Source: Convolutriloba macropyga (lineage: Eukaryota). From it: a DNA stretch of 64,000 nucleotides. This document shows positions 1 to 11,479 of the stretch, one piece after another (the first letter of the stretch is position 1; each line of letters begins with the position of its first letter). Both the position numbers and the translations under genes were made by a program. The notes under the pieces are model-generated. The model did no database searches. It saw only the letters and a program-made list of their open reading frames with translations, and had not been told where the DNA came from. The stretch is taken from contig NC_134470.1 of NCBI RefSeq assembly GCF_964194025.1, forward strand, positions 80,972,001 to 81,036,000, in the 5' to 3' direction.

Positions 1-856
1 TAACATATATATTGATATTATGTGCCACTGTTGTTTCGTTTTTCTGAACGTTTATTGAATGGCCATTTTTTGCGTTTCTTTTTCTCTTCCTTCAGAACAA
101 TCGCGTAATAACAGATCCCAATGGTTTTTAAATGTGGCCCAAGTAAACTTATTTAATCTTTCAGTATAAATCCTTCAACTGAAATAGCAGAAATAACAAC
201 TGAATTAAAAATACATATTCAGATGATAGGTATTGATTTTAATGGTAGCAAAGGTTTGTGTTTTCGCAAATCGTTTGTAATTTTTTGAGTTTCTCTTTAG
301 TTTGTTTCTATGGCATAGTCTGACCACAGACGGGTGCTTTTGGTTTTGTAATGACTTTTTAGTAATTTATCAAGGATTTTTTTATTAAAAACCAATGTTT
401 TTTAAGATTTTTGAATTTTCTTGGTGCAAAAAATGTTGATTAATTTTTAAGTTTCGCCTCACTGTTCGTTCTTTTTGTCGGCTTGTTACCTAGTCTCGTT
501 AAGAAAACTTTTCATCTGCTGTATAGTTAGTAAAAGGTAAACTTGTGTAGTTAAGGTTTTATCTGACTGCATTTTGACGTTGTTACCAGGTGCTTTTAAA
601 TTTAGATATTCATTTTTTGCCGCCAAAATTTTGTTGGTGCTATTTTTTTTCTAGTCTCTTCAATGTCAGGTCACGTTGGTGCTGTAATGAAGCATGGCAT
701 TAGTAATTCAATTAGTAGATAGAATGTGTAACGATTGTTTTAAACTCAAACATCTATTTTTGTTATCTCTTGATTTGGTTGACATTTTAGTCAAAAATGT
801 AGATGAGCTCGGGTCGGAACATCATGTGCGAACGCACATTAACGAGCCGCCTTGTT
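1..856 (+). mobile_element. Non-autonomous Helentron-like element (HINE family A), 3' part; 5' end outside window
   Basis: Ends with subTIR GGGTCGGAACA, hairpin GTGCG-AA-CGCAC and terminal CTTGTT (851-856). The same terminus occurs at 11480, 60563 and 63751. How far left the element extends is uncertain. Confidence 0.6.
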
Positions 857-859
857 GTT

Positions 860-2750
860 TTCAAGGAGCAGATAACACGACAGATACTAGACGTACAAAA
901 TCAAATTGATAGACAGTCTGAAAAATTCGGAAATTGTGGTCAACAATGGCTTAAAACCCATAAATCAGTATGCCTATCAAAAGAAAAGCCTGGCCAAATT
1001 TGTGGAAATCAAAACCATTTTGTTCAATTATGTCAAAAAACCCAAACTACAAATTTTGTTTTATGTACGAGTGTTACTTCTATTTGAGTTTAAACTCAAA
1101 TAGAAGTAACACTCGTACATTAACCAAAATTTCAAAAGAACAAATATGTGAGGATAATGCAGTCAATTGTATAACAAATTTCAATCAGCAATAATACAAG
1201 TCACGCATTGACGATTCAGATGATGATTTCATTGCTTGGATTGAACAATTCAACTAGGAAGATCGCACCAAGAAAACCTTGATGGTTAATTAAGGGATAG
1301 TTTGTACCTTACACACGTACTACCTTGCAATTGATTGCGGGGAACCAATTTGTTTAGAAGAACCTCTAGAACGAAAACTAACAACGTTTTCACAAAATTA
1401 ACAAAAAAGAATTGGTCACAAAATTAACCAATCTCGTGTAGCGACGACACGATGCACGACACGGTAATAACTATTCCCAATGGTTTAAGGCCGTTAAATA
1501 GTGGCTATTTGATCATTGCCCTTGGTTTATCCATTGTTCAATAAAGCACTTCATTTCAAGTTAGATATGCCAACAGGATTACACAATTTCCTATTAAAGA
1601 TTCAATAGCTAAAAAAAACCAAAAACTCTTCAATCGCACTGAAAAGACAATATATATGTCGTTAAAGTCAAACTTCACAAAAAAAATTTGCAAATTATGG
1701 GACGGGGACAGGGCGTTTTGTGCTTATTATTTAATCAAAAATTATGCCTATAGTCAACTAAAATTACACCCTGTAACAGCACAACATTGCAACTTCAAGA
1801 TCAATTTTGGCGAGTCCACATGCAGATTTGGTTTTAAAACAGTTTTCTATGGTTAAACAGACATCCCCAGAGAATTTCCAGAAGCGATGGATTATGCTTT
1901 TATAGGTCATAAAAATACCTATTGCTTCTTTGATGATACTTAATAACCAGATTTTTGACCTGCTCAAAAAACTAGATGAAAACAACTTGCGAATCAATTA
2001 ACCTAAACGCAATTTTGCAGCGTCTGAAAATGAATGCATCCATTTTAAACTGGTATTTAGGTGATCGAATTATAAACATCCTCAGTTCCCGCAATAACAA
2101 AACCAAAAAGTAAGGTTGTTTTTTGTAGTTTGCGCATCATGTTAGCAAACAAGTACCAACTCTAGCACAGCTTTGTCACCAACTTAGACCATAGCTCAAA
2201 AACAACATTTTACTGGGACAAGAACACAACAATCACTTAACCTAAATTGACGATAAAATCGCAACATCAACAGAAAATTATCATTATAACTAATCACCCG
2301 GCATGTGAATCAAATGTGATGCACCTGGAACAGGATTAGGCGCCGATCTAGAACAATTAATAGAACATGGTTGGAAGCATACTGCATTTAACTCACTTTT
2401 TAAAAAAATCAAACAAAGGAAAGATGTGGTATGAACGAAATAGATTTACTTGGTGTTGTCTGGTCTTTTGACTGGTTTAAAAATCATCTATTAAAACATC
2501 TTTCATAGTTATAAAAGACCGAAGCTCGTTGTTATCATTTCTCAAAGAATTAGTCAAAGCGTTCTAACCAGTGATACATTAGTTGCCTAACCAGAAGGAT
2601 TGGTGGTCTTTACCTTACGATTTCTCAGTTAACATTTATCTGTTGCAATCATAGCTCTAGTAGATTAGTTTTTACGTAACGATTCAGTCTGCAAATTTAA
2701 GTTCATCATTAGACGACCAATTCGTTGTAGAACCATTGTGTCATATTCGC
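860..2750 (+). mobile_element. Decayed Ty3/Gypsy LTR retrotransposon gag-pol remnant
   Basis: Fragmented translations give a gag zinc knuckle-like stretch (NCGQQW...ICGNQNHFVQLC), RT motifs (YAYSQLKLH, FKTVFYG, FPEAMD, YCFFDD) and RNase H motifs (KCDAPGTGLGA, NEIDLLGVVW), with many stops and frameshifts. Confidence 0.8.
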
Positions 2751-3407
2751 ACAGCGGTCAGCTCCATTGTCAAGCATCAGTAACATTTGCACTGCATATT
2801 AAACATCATTTCTACAACCGCACCTTCTCTGCGAAATCCACATACAGTTAATTTATTGGCACGAGAAAGAAGTGAGCTCGCTCGAACCACAATGATCTTT
2901 TCTGAAATTAACATTCGGGACGGAATAACAAGCTACAAATCATCCCATTTCAATTGAATGAACTCACCACAAGTCACCCTTCCCTCAAAAACCGCTTCCA
3001 ATAAAAAAATGTCAAAAAATCACAGATACAAACTTTGTATATAAATCTAACTCCGCATTAAAGAATTTGAACTTACAATACAAAACAATACAATAATACG
3101 CAATCACACATATATTCTTCAAACAAAGTCAAGTAGTTCCTTGCCAAAAAATCAATCTGAGTCAGTTGCCTTCTTCAAATCAACACTCCGGTCTGAGTAA
3201 TACTACTGTAAATATAAACATAATACCTCACACAAACAAACAGAGTATGATTCCAGCGAAGAAAAAAGGTTCCAAAGAAACAAAGGATTCAAGCGAAACA
3301 TTATTTCAGGAAAACATGATTCCAGCTAAACAAGTAGGTGACCTCACTCACTGACAACGTTGTCAAAACACGCTTACAACTTAAAGCATGGTTGTTAATA
3401 ACAAACA

Positions 3408-3600
3408 AACCGACTAACGCCGGACGAGTTTCTCTCGATCAACTGGCGAGGCTAGATAAACTTTTATGATGCAAAATTCCGACCAGTCACGGGTTGAGCG
3501 TCTCGCCCACTGACCACTGCACTATACTGGCTATATACTGCCTCACTCAAACTCGCTTTTATTTTAACACTTATTTTAGCCAGACTTAATTTCTGAATGC
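3408..3600 (-). mobile_element. HINE family C fragment with tRNA-like A-box
   Basis: CCGACTAACGCCGG hairpin plus subTIR-like TTTCTCTCGATC. Minus strand reads TAGTGCAGTGGTCA (A-box-like) near 3520-3535. Confidence 0.4.
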
Positions 3601-4004
3601 TCGAAAATCAAAACACCCAAAAATCGAAAAAAAAATCAGGGTTAAAAAGTCACCCGAGAAGAGAAATCAAAAGAAAACATTAATTGCATCAAACTTCATT
3701 CGAGAGCACTTGCAAATAAAAACACTCGATCAAATACTCTATTTGCACCAGAATGATAGCTATAATCGAAGGCTAGAAAAGGATAGACAATCCCTAATAG
3801 AAAAAAATTTCAGCGTACTGAAATTTTAGGTGCCGGTTGCTTTCTATGGAGTAATTTTTAATTCACATCTACGTTTACTGAATAATTGAAATATTAGAAT
3901 AAAATAAAACACACACATTGTCAAAAGATTCCTTACTGCGTGTGGTTTTTTTCACAAGCCTGAAGGCTTCTGGACCTAGTTAAAAAACTAGAGATTTAAC
4001 TAAT

Positions 4005-4356
4005 TTAATCAACACCTGTTGCGATAATAGCAGTTAAATAAACTGCCAGTGTAATAAGTTTTAATGCCCGATCGACACTGGAAAAACACTTCCGCATTAG
4101 ACTACGAGTTTATCACACTCTTTTATCGCCATTGTTACTAAACAAACAGTGGCAATAAAAGAGTGGTGATAAACTCGTAGTCTAATGATGAAAACTTTGT
4201 TTGATAAACTTGTAGTCTAAAAAAACAAACATGATCGCAACAGGTGTTGATTAAACAAATTAATACACAGTTGGTATCGCCCTCGAAGTTATCGTAACAC
4301 CTCGGCTTCGCCTCGGAGTTTGATAACTTCTCGGTGGCGATAACAACCGTGTGGTA
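4005..4356. repeat. Double-hairpin palindromic element (candidate non-autonomous Crypton-like element)
   Basis: Hairpin 1 has outer arms TTAATCAACACCTGTTGCGAT / ATCGCAACAGGTGTTGATTAA and inner arms of about 40 bp. Hairpin 2 (4263-4354) is centred on CTCGGCTTCGCCTCGG. Confidence 0.6.
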
Positions 4357-4922
4357 ATATTCAATAACTAGATAAGTAACTAGATGACGTTAAAATTTAT
4401 CAGCCGACAATATTGGTAACGCACAGTTTTCAACTACGCTCAAGAAACTTGATTCCTTATCGCCGTAAATAGAAGGCCAAGAAATTCTCAATTCAACAAA
4501 ATTGGTTACTTTCTAAAACTAATAATTCGTCTGAGGTAATTGATATTGTACTGTTGGAAAATATTGGATCTTTTCTTTTCATGCCCTCACCTCCCGTCCA
4601 TTTTAACCCCACACTTATAAGTGTTTTGCCACATTCTTTGCATTTCATACACTTACATATACAATTATTCACAAACGGCACTGACAATTTAATGATGCAG
4701 CAAAATTTTGAAATTAAGACATAAATTAATTATGCTTACTTATAAATGTAGTGCGACAAATAATAATGCGTGTTTTTACTACTTTGGGACTTATCTCTTA
4801 TAGGAATCGTTTTATGCGACTATTTTTTTCGACAACCAATGGATCTCTAAGGACCAAAGAAAGAGTACACATTTGGGGCGGGGTTGCAAACAGACAAAAA
4901 AGATCCGAAATATTAACTATTA

Positions 4923-5232
4923 TTATCTAGTTAATTTTCGCACAGTCCTAGACTCGCATGACGGCTGCCCGTAGAGAGTAACAGCACGTCTTTCGAATGC
5001 ATTGGTCATCTGGTTGACAACTTGTGCAAAAAATAAAGAAGACAATTTAGTGTAAAACAGATTTGTGAATTGGAAGCCGACGTAGAACTCCAGTAAACAA
5101 GACGAGGAGTCTGATTGGTCGCCTTCCCCTGGTCTGAAAACCCAAATATTTTCTAAATACTGAAGAGTCTTTCCATCTGAACATTGTGACTTGACATAGT
5201 TTGGCTCGTTACACGTTACTCTAGAAACGTAC
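4923..5232 (-). CDS. COQ10: Coenzyme Q-binding protein COQ10, exon 2 (terminal)
   Basis: Acceptor TTGCAG at 5233-5238, phase 2. Translates (R)YVSRVTCNEPNYVKSQCSDG...LENIWVFRPG...LEFYVGFQF...FFAQVVNQMTNAFERRA...*, the C-terminal half of the START-like domain. Not in the ORF track. Confidence 0.92.
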
Positions 5233-5826
5233 CTGCAACAGAAAAAAAACCTTTATGAAATCTAGATCAATGCTCACGGTTTTTTCACAGATGAAATTGG
5301 CAACTATGCGCCAAGAAAACTTGAGTTCCGAACTACGTCAAATTACATCAGATCTACGAAACGACAATACAAGATAGTACTGTACATCCCTATTAGAAAA
5401 AATCGGCTCTTGAAATTAGAAAAGAATGAAATTTCATGTTTACGCAACGATCAGTGAACTTAGCTTATTGGGCAAAACTTCTAAATGGACCAAAAAATCT
5501 TAGCCGCTTAAATATAAGTTTTCTGCTAGAGACAAGGATTGCTTTTTTAGCTCGTAAAAATTAAATATTTTTTGTTCGCTTCCAAGTGTCCAAACCGTCC
5601 AAGTGTGAAATTTGGGTTCTATTCTGTCCCCACATCCCCACCCCAGTGTTTTTATGTCCCCCCAATTACATTTTGTGTTGATATATAGCACATTCCTATG
5701 TAAAAAAAAACAAATGAGCTGGGGGGGGGGACGTTAAAGTTGTACGTCATCTAAGCTGAGGGAGGGGGGGGGGGAAGGAAGGAGGGGGCAGAAATTACCC
5801 GAAATTTGCTGGTCAATTCGTCATAC

Positions 5827-6173
5827 CTCTCCAGAACTGGCGGAAATCCAACTTCGAGCAGCCAATCAGCCTCCGTCTCACTTATCCTCCGATGCAGCTG
5901 TGACTTTTTACACCATGGGACAAACTTATGGTAGTGTTGAATATTAGAAGCAATGTCATACATCTGTTCAACTGAGAAGCCAATGAGACGCGTCTCCGTG
6001 TATTGTCTAAAGGGACCATCTTGCAGTGAATAATTCGACAAGTGTCTTCTGTAAAACTGAGGAATGAGTTGGGAGCAGCTATTTGGTTTGTGTCTTAGTT
6101 CTGTTCTCAACCCATTTGTAAAACAAAGAGCAGTTGTGTTCAACACTGAAAAGGCATAGGGCGCACAGCGCAT
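5827..6173 (-). CDS. COQ10: Coenzyme Q-binding protein COQ10, exon 1
   Basis: YTETRLIGFSVEQMYDIASNIQHYHKFVPWCKKS...LEVGFPPVLER is typical COQ10. Donor AG|GTATGA at 5826. ATG 6173 follows a TTTCAG directly; an alternative ATG is at 6218. The N-terminus resembles a mitochondrial presequence. Confidence 0.92.
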
Positions 6174-6179
6174 CTGAAA
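6174..6179 (-). promoter_or_regulatory. Splice acceptor TTTCAG abutting COQ10 ATG (candidate trans-splice site)
   Basis: Minus strand reads GTGTTTCAG|ATGCGC. Confidence 0.5.
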
Positions 6180-6509
6180 CACACAAAGATTAAAGGCAAT
6201 AGATAAAAACGCTAACATAGTCAAGCATTACAGAGCCACTTTTTCGCGACTTTTCATTGCAAGCCCTTTTATCTAATTAGTTGCTCTCGAACGAAGTTTG
6301 GCCCAATTATTGTAATTGTCTGTCTTTTTATGCAAAATTTTTGATTGACCGTTTTGACTTTCCAGTAAGTTGAACTCAATTGGCGGCAGTTCATTGCTTA
6401 AAATCAAATAAGTGCAACGAAATCGGTCTCGTTTTTTATTTACACATTTAGCATTACCTCATTTTAAGCCTGTTAGGGAATTTATCCAATCCCCCCACAC
6501 ACACACATA

Positions 6510-6815
6510 CATAGGGTGGGGGGGGACTGAGGGGTGGGTGGGGGGTGAAACTTTCAAGACTAAGAATCGTCTTTCACGCCATGATATTGTCTTCTCAAAC
6601 AGTTTTGGTGAATCGCATTCTTAGAGTATAGTAAAGCTTAGGGCTCTAAGAGAACTTAATGCCCTACGAGCGCTACCTTTTCTGTTCTTGAGGACGAAAA
6701 GTTAAATGGGTCAAACGAAAAATCAGTCAAGCCAAAAATCGCAATGAAAAGAGCACAGGGCAATATAACTGCTACAGACTTCTTCTGAGAGCAAATCATA
6801 ACATTCAGAGAGCAA
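6510..6815 (-). mobile_element. HINE family B (G-run type), truncated
   Basis: G-runs followed by the shared body (ACTTTCAAGACTAAGAA...GCTCTAAGAG...GAGGACGAAAAG...) and the terminal GAGAGCAA palindrome. Confidence 0.6.
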
Positions 6816-6920
6816 ATTACTCGAAATCGAATCCTTTTTGTCAATGAACGAAGGAATTTCATTTCGCAGTTACAACATCAGAAGTTTTGAGAAATCAAAG
6901 CTAAACGTGGAATAACAAAC

Positions 6921-7281
6921 TGGCTAATATCGGACAAATTGTTCTTGAACGACAGAGACGTGGATTTGATTCAGGGAGCGAAAGCTAGATCACTTTATGG
7001 GAGCGAAAAAACCCATCAGGTGAGATGTACGAACCTGCACCCTCCCGGATGGTAGTCTGGTGGTTTAAACACCCAGCTTTACGGGCTTTGTTATCGCAGT
7101 AACAATAACCTTTAATTGCAAGAGACTTATTTACGGAATGAGAGCATATCATATCACGCAAAAATGGCGGAGTCACTAGACAGCGAAAGAATGTTCTAGA
7201 ACAAAAGCACAAAAACGGCCAAACCGTTGCGTAAAAAACACACGTTTACAGTAACTGCTTAATCTACGTTCGAGAGAACTT
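6921..7281 (-). mobile_element. HINE family C (tRNA-like cassette)
   Basis: Same termini as family B. Body is shared with the copies at 23723, 33533 and 44541 (GAATGTTCTAGAACAAAAG). Degenerate B-box and A-box lie at 7025-7080. Confidence 0.55.
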
Positions 7282-7479
7282 AATAATAGTAATTGCACCA
7301 AATTAAGACAGACAGCGTCTTTCATAAAATTTGATAACTCAGATATGCATTGAGTGTTTTCCCTCCAGCTATTCCGTTTCAGATTTCAGCTGCTGGTTTT
7401 AAGAGTGTCCAAATCACAGATAAAAAGGGTCACCATTTCACTTGGTCGGGAGTGTAAACAGGAGCAACTTTTGTTTAAA

Positions 7480-7990
7480 AAACGACCACAACCGGATTCG
7501 AACAAGCATCTTCCTTGCAAGCCTGGAACTGTGCGCTAACTGTTACACGGATAATTCTTAAGCTCTTCAAATTTGGGAATCTCTTATACAAGCTTCATGC
7601 TGTTTCTTGTCCCTCAAGGTTTCATCTCTAGCTAAGTTTAAGTTGAACAAGCGAATCTTGTCAGTCTCATATCACGTAAAATTTACATTGGTTCTTTTCT
7701 CAGTTTCACCTATCTTGTCTCTAGCTTCTGGGCCAATAAACGCCAACTAGTTTCCGGTTTTGGGGTTCTAAGCGGCTACATCAACAAAAAATTAAGCAGT
7801 GATGGATTCGAACCGGAGCCTCTTTCTTGCGATTCTAGTATTTTAACCACTACACCAATTGGTCTCAAATTCTTGCAGCTGAGTATCTCTAATAACACGA
7901 TCTTTTAATTCTCAAGACTTCCACTTTCCAGCCAAGTTTACGCTGAGCACGTAATCTTATCAAACTTATTTTGTGCACAATTTGCAATTT
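7480..7990 (-). repeat. Two diverged tandem units (about 305 bp), each with a tRNA-derived (SINE-like) head
   Basis: Minus-strand A-box TGGTGTAGTGG (7847-7857) and B-box GGTTCGAATCC (7804-7814). A second, degenerate copy lies at about 7490-7550. Confidence 0.55.
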
Positions 7991-9121
7991 ATTCTCTCAG
8001 CCATCTAACAAGACCCAGTCACCTACCTAAGTATAGGCAAGAGAAAAAAAGTTAATTTATAAAAATTTTATTTACAAAATATGAATTGTTATTTTCTCAA
8101 AATTTGCACTACAACCATATGGGCTTACAAAAATAATGTCAACTTGTTAAAACTCTTTTAATCACTTTAAAGGCTGCCTAAATCATAGAATCACAATTGA
8201 ACACCATTGACCACCTCTCTTGAGCACAAATTAGAGACATTTGAGAGCACATGAACGAAAAATACCAGAACTCAATTTTTATCAAGCGTTTCTTCCTTTT
8301 CCTGTAACCACGCATGCCATTACATAGCCATTTAACCAGTCATTGCTCCAAATATAATTTTCTGTTTCATTTGAAATTCAACTAATTTACAGGTAGAAGA
8401 AGAAAGATATCATATAGGCAGCATTATAATGTCACTGAAATTTATTATCAAGTCTTGCAAAAAAAAGCTGTCCCGTTAAAACAGACTAAGCCTTTTTCAA
8501 AATCGTAAATAGATAGCTTCACAATCGATTTGTCATCTGTAAACGGTGTCATTATATTATATAGCTTCATTTTGATTAATATTTCTTTTAAAGTTTGATT
8601 AGTATGTAGGCGGGGAACCTTGATCAGATTTGAAAATATGATAGCATTGACGTTTTATCCAATTTATTTGTGTCACACGTCTTTGAAAATTGTATGCGAG
8701 GATAGAAGTCCTAATTTGCAATCTTCTTTTCGGAGAACATGATGCACGATAATGTATAAACAATGGCAGCAATATTCGAATGTCTGGAAACGCTGAGGTA
8801 ATTTCGGGATCAAAGATTTTCCAGCCAGAAAAATGATTTGTGAGTAAACTTATATCTTTTTCGACTTCTTTTGAGATTCACAGTCGCCTCCACAATATGG
8901 TCCAACAGATTGATTGAATTCGTACCAATTTTACAAAAATTATTGACGTCTCTCAATTGAAAAAAAAGCCAAACAAAATGCGCGGTCGCTCGGGCTTGTG
9001 TTGTGCAAAATATTTCATTCGTTGGATCTTTTCAGGACTTGCAATTAACCTGCTCAGTTTACCAGATAAACATTCTTTATTCGCTAAGTACAGATGACAC
9101 TTTAAAGCTTTTGGTGTATTG

Positions 9122-10954
9122 CTACGGCTCCCTGGGCAGCACTAGTTGTTGTTGTTGTTCTTGTTGCTGCTGTTGTTTGTGTTGTTCAGCTGCTACAACG
9201 ACTGCCGGAGGCTGTTGAGCCAGATCGGATGCTGATGATGTAGTGGTGGTGGTTGTAGTTGTGGTGTTGGTTGAAGGGGAATGTGGAGTAGCAACTGCAG
9301 CTGCTGAAATGTTCAAACTGTATCCAACACCACCACCAAACCCGTTAATGATGTTCGCGCCCTCGTCTCCGATTACTTTCGATCCCTCGCTTTTATCGGG
9401 GGAATTTTCATTCACATTAATTTTTCTATTATTAATGCTTTCATTATTATCTGTTTTGTTGTCTGAAGATTTTTGTCGCAACACTGGGTTCTGTTCTTCG
9501 TTATGTCCATCATTTTCATCGGCCGTTTTTCTTTCAACTTGATTTTCACCAGCGGTTTCAGGGTTTCCGCCATTTTTGATACTTTGAGCTTTCTCTCCTG
9601 TCAAATCAGAGTCTTCAACACCTCTTACATCAACCTTTTCATTCGAAGCTTTATTAGTATCTTCTTCGTCCACATTTTTTGCTTCTTCATCTTCTTTATC
9701 AGTTTTTACAGCTTCCGAAAAGTTTTCAAGTTTCGTCTTCTGCATCTCAACAGTTTTGTTCAACAATTCAAGTTCTTGCCTCACGGCGGTCAAGTTCTTA
9801 TCCAGATCGGCGAATGTTTGTTTGATTCCACTCACATTACTCAAAAGTTCCAAACGTAATTGCCTCATCACATCAGCTTTAGAACTGGTTACCTGTAACG
9901 ATACATTGTTTTTCAATAGCAGAAACTTAGTTTTCATATCTGCAATTTCCGACTCTTGTTGCAGTTTCCATTCAGTTGTAAGACCCGCTTCTTCGCTCTT
10001 CTCTCGTTCTTTGGCATGACTGGTTTCAATATCGGTCAATTTTGTTTCAATTGAGTTAATGTTAGAGGCCAGACTAGTTCTGAACTGATCAAAACTATCC
10101 TGAATTAGAGACACTTGACCAATGTCGTCAACTTTACTCTGTAGTTGAGTAACCTGACCTTTGACCTCTATGAGTGATGTTGAGAGTGACTTGGACTGGT
10201 CTGTTAGGTTCCCAATTTGGTCCCTTAAAGGCTGCATTGATAGAGTGACCTTAGTCAATGCATCTACATTTGTGTGCACGTCAGACTCCAGCTTGAGGAA
10301 TCGGCTGCTGAGATCATCGTATCTGTGTTGCATGGCTAACAAATTCCAAAATAAGTAAATACAGAGCAGGAAGCAAGCTGTGAATATAAAAATTGAGCAT
10401 GCGAAAGAAGCTGTACATGACCCGTTATGGTGACCACTACCCGTGAAGCCATGATGGTGTGGTTTAGTGCCCACTACGGTCGACCCGTTCCTTCGGGCTC
10501 GCTGGGGGTTTGAGGTGACCTCGTCGTCATCTTCATCCTCATCGGTCGAGCTCTGTGAGTTGGCGATTAAAAGGAGGGATGCGGAATCCTTGTTGAAGGG
10601 ACTTCCATTAAGGGATCCATTACGACTGGAAGACTTCATCAGAGCGTCCAGCTCTCGTCGCTTTTTCATTCTTTTTGTTTGCTGCTGCGAAGTCATATGT
10701 ACACCTGTGGTGGATCCAATGGCAATTGGGGGGCTGGCTGTAGTTTGGATAACAGACCCTGTAGTTGCTCCTACGTCACCGACTGTCGGGAAGAGAGACA
10801 CTACACTGTACTCCGTTTGAGGCTGTTGTGATTGTTGAGGTTGGAGTTGATTACTACCAATGCCCCCTCCAGTTGATGCAGTCTGGCCAGTGCTGGCTCC
10901 GATCGCCACATCTGGGGCTGAGGTCAGCTTCCTGGCGGCGGCTGAAAGATCCAC
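9122..10954 (-). CDS. EFCAB14: EFCAB14-like single-pass (type II) membrane coiled-coil protein; start uncertain (GTG 10954, first ATG 10696, family-like ATG 10669)
   Basis: MKKRRELDAL resembles the EFCAB14 N-terminal MKKRKELNAL. It is followed by a Ser/acidic patch, a Cys-rich transmembrane helix (FACSIFIFTACFLLCIYLFW), a long coiled coil and NxS/T sequons. No EF-hand is visible. Confidence 0.75.
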   Translation of the reverse strand: MDLSAAARKLTSAPDVAIGASTGQTASTGGGIGSNQLQPQQSQQPQTEYSVVSLFPTVGDVGATTGSVIQTTASPPIAIGSTTGVHMTSQQQTKRMKKRRELDALMKSSSRNGSLNGSPFNKDSASLLLIANSQSSTDEDEDDDEVTSNPQRARRNGSTVVGTKPHHHGFTGSGHHNGSCTASFACSIFIFTACFLLCIYLFWNLLAMQHRYDDLSSRFLKLESDVHTNVDALTKVTLSMQPLRDQIGNLTDQSKSLSTSLIEVKGQVTQLQSKVDDIGQVSLIQDSFDQFRTSLASNINSIETKLTDIETSHAKEREKSEEAGLTTEWKLQQESEIADMKTKFLLLKNNVSLQVTSSKADVMRQLRLELLSNVSGIKQTFADLDKNLTAVRQELELLNKTVEMQKTKLENFSEAVKTDKEDEEAKNVDEEDTNKASNEKVDVRGVEDSDLTGEKAQSIKNGGNPETAGENQVERKTADENDGHNEEQNPVLRQKSSDNKTDNNESINNRKINVNENSPDKSEGSKVIGDEGANIINGFGGGVGYSLNISAAAVATPHSPSTNTTTTTTTTTSSASDLAQQPPAVVVAAEQHKQQQQQEQQQQLVLPREP

Positions 10955-11479
10955 TTTGTCTGGCTATCCTTGCTTTCTCTCACCGTATACTATTTTAATC
11001 ACAGTTGTTATCCAGATAATTTTGCACAAGACATCACATCATAAGCTCCGCACGTAAAGTAACATAAGCCAACGTTTAGTCCAGGGATCAATACAACCAT
11101 TTAACCTGAAAATTATGACTAATTCTATAATGCTTTTATTCCTGAACGGAAATTACGGTAGTTTGACGCGGTAACATTCGTAACATAGAATCATGACAAA
11201 TAATAGTTTCTCAAATTACGTTTTATCTCTCATCATAGCATTATTTTACATGCTTAATTCTGGGCACTAGCGATAGAAATACAAACGTAGCAAGACAGCA
11301 TTCTTGACGCTGTTACGATTGCACTCATGTGACCACGAAACAATTTCTGAGATTCAAACTATTACCATATAGAAACCATTGGAGGAACCATTGTAGGCTA
11401 ACCTTAAATTATAGCCAATTTTAAATGGTTCATAGGAAATCGTTATGCGTGAAAATCGATAACACTCAATTTTAACAAT

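Noticed and set aside
7795-7865. Functional tRNA gene
   Set aside because: A and B boxes are present but the acceptor and anticodon stems do not pair convincingly. Treated as a tRNA-derived repeat.
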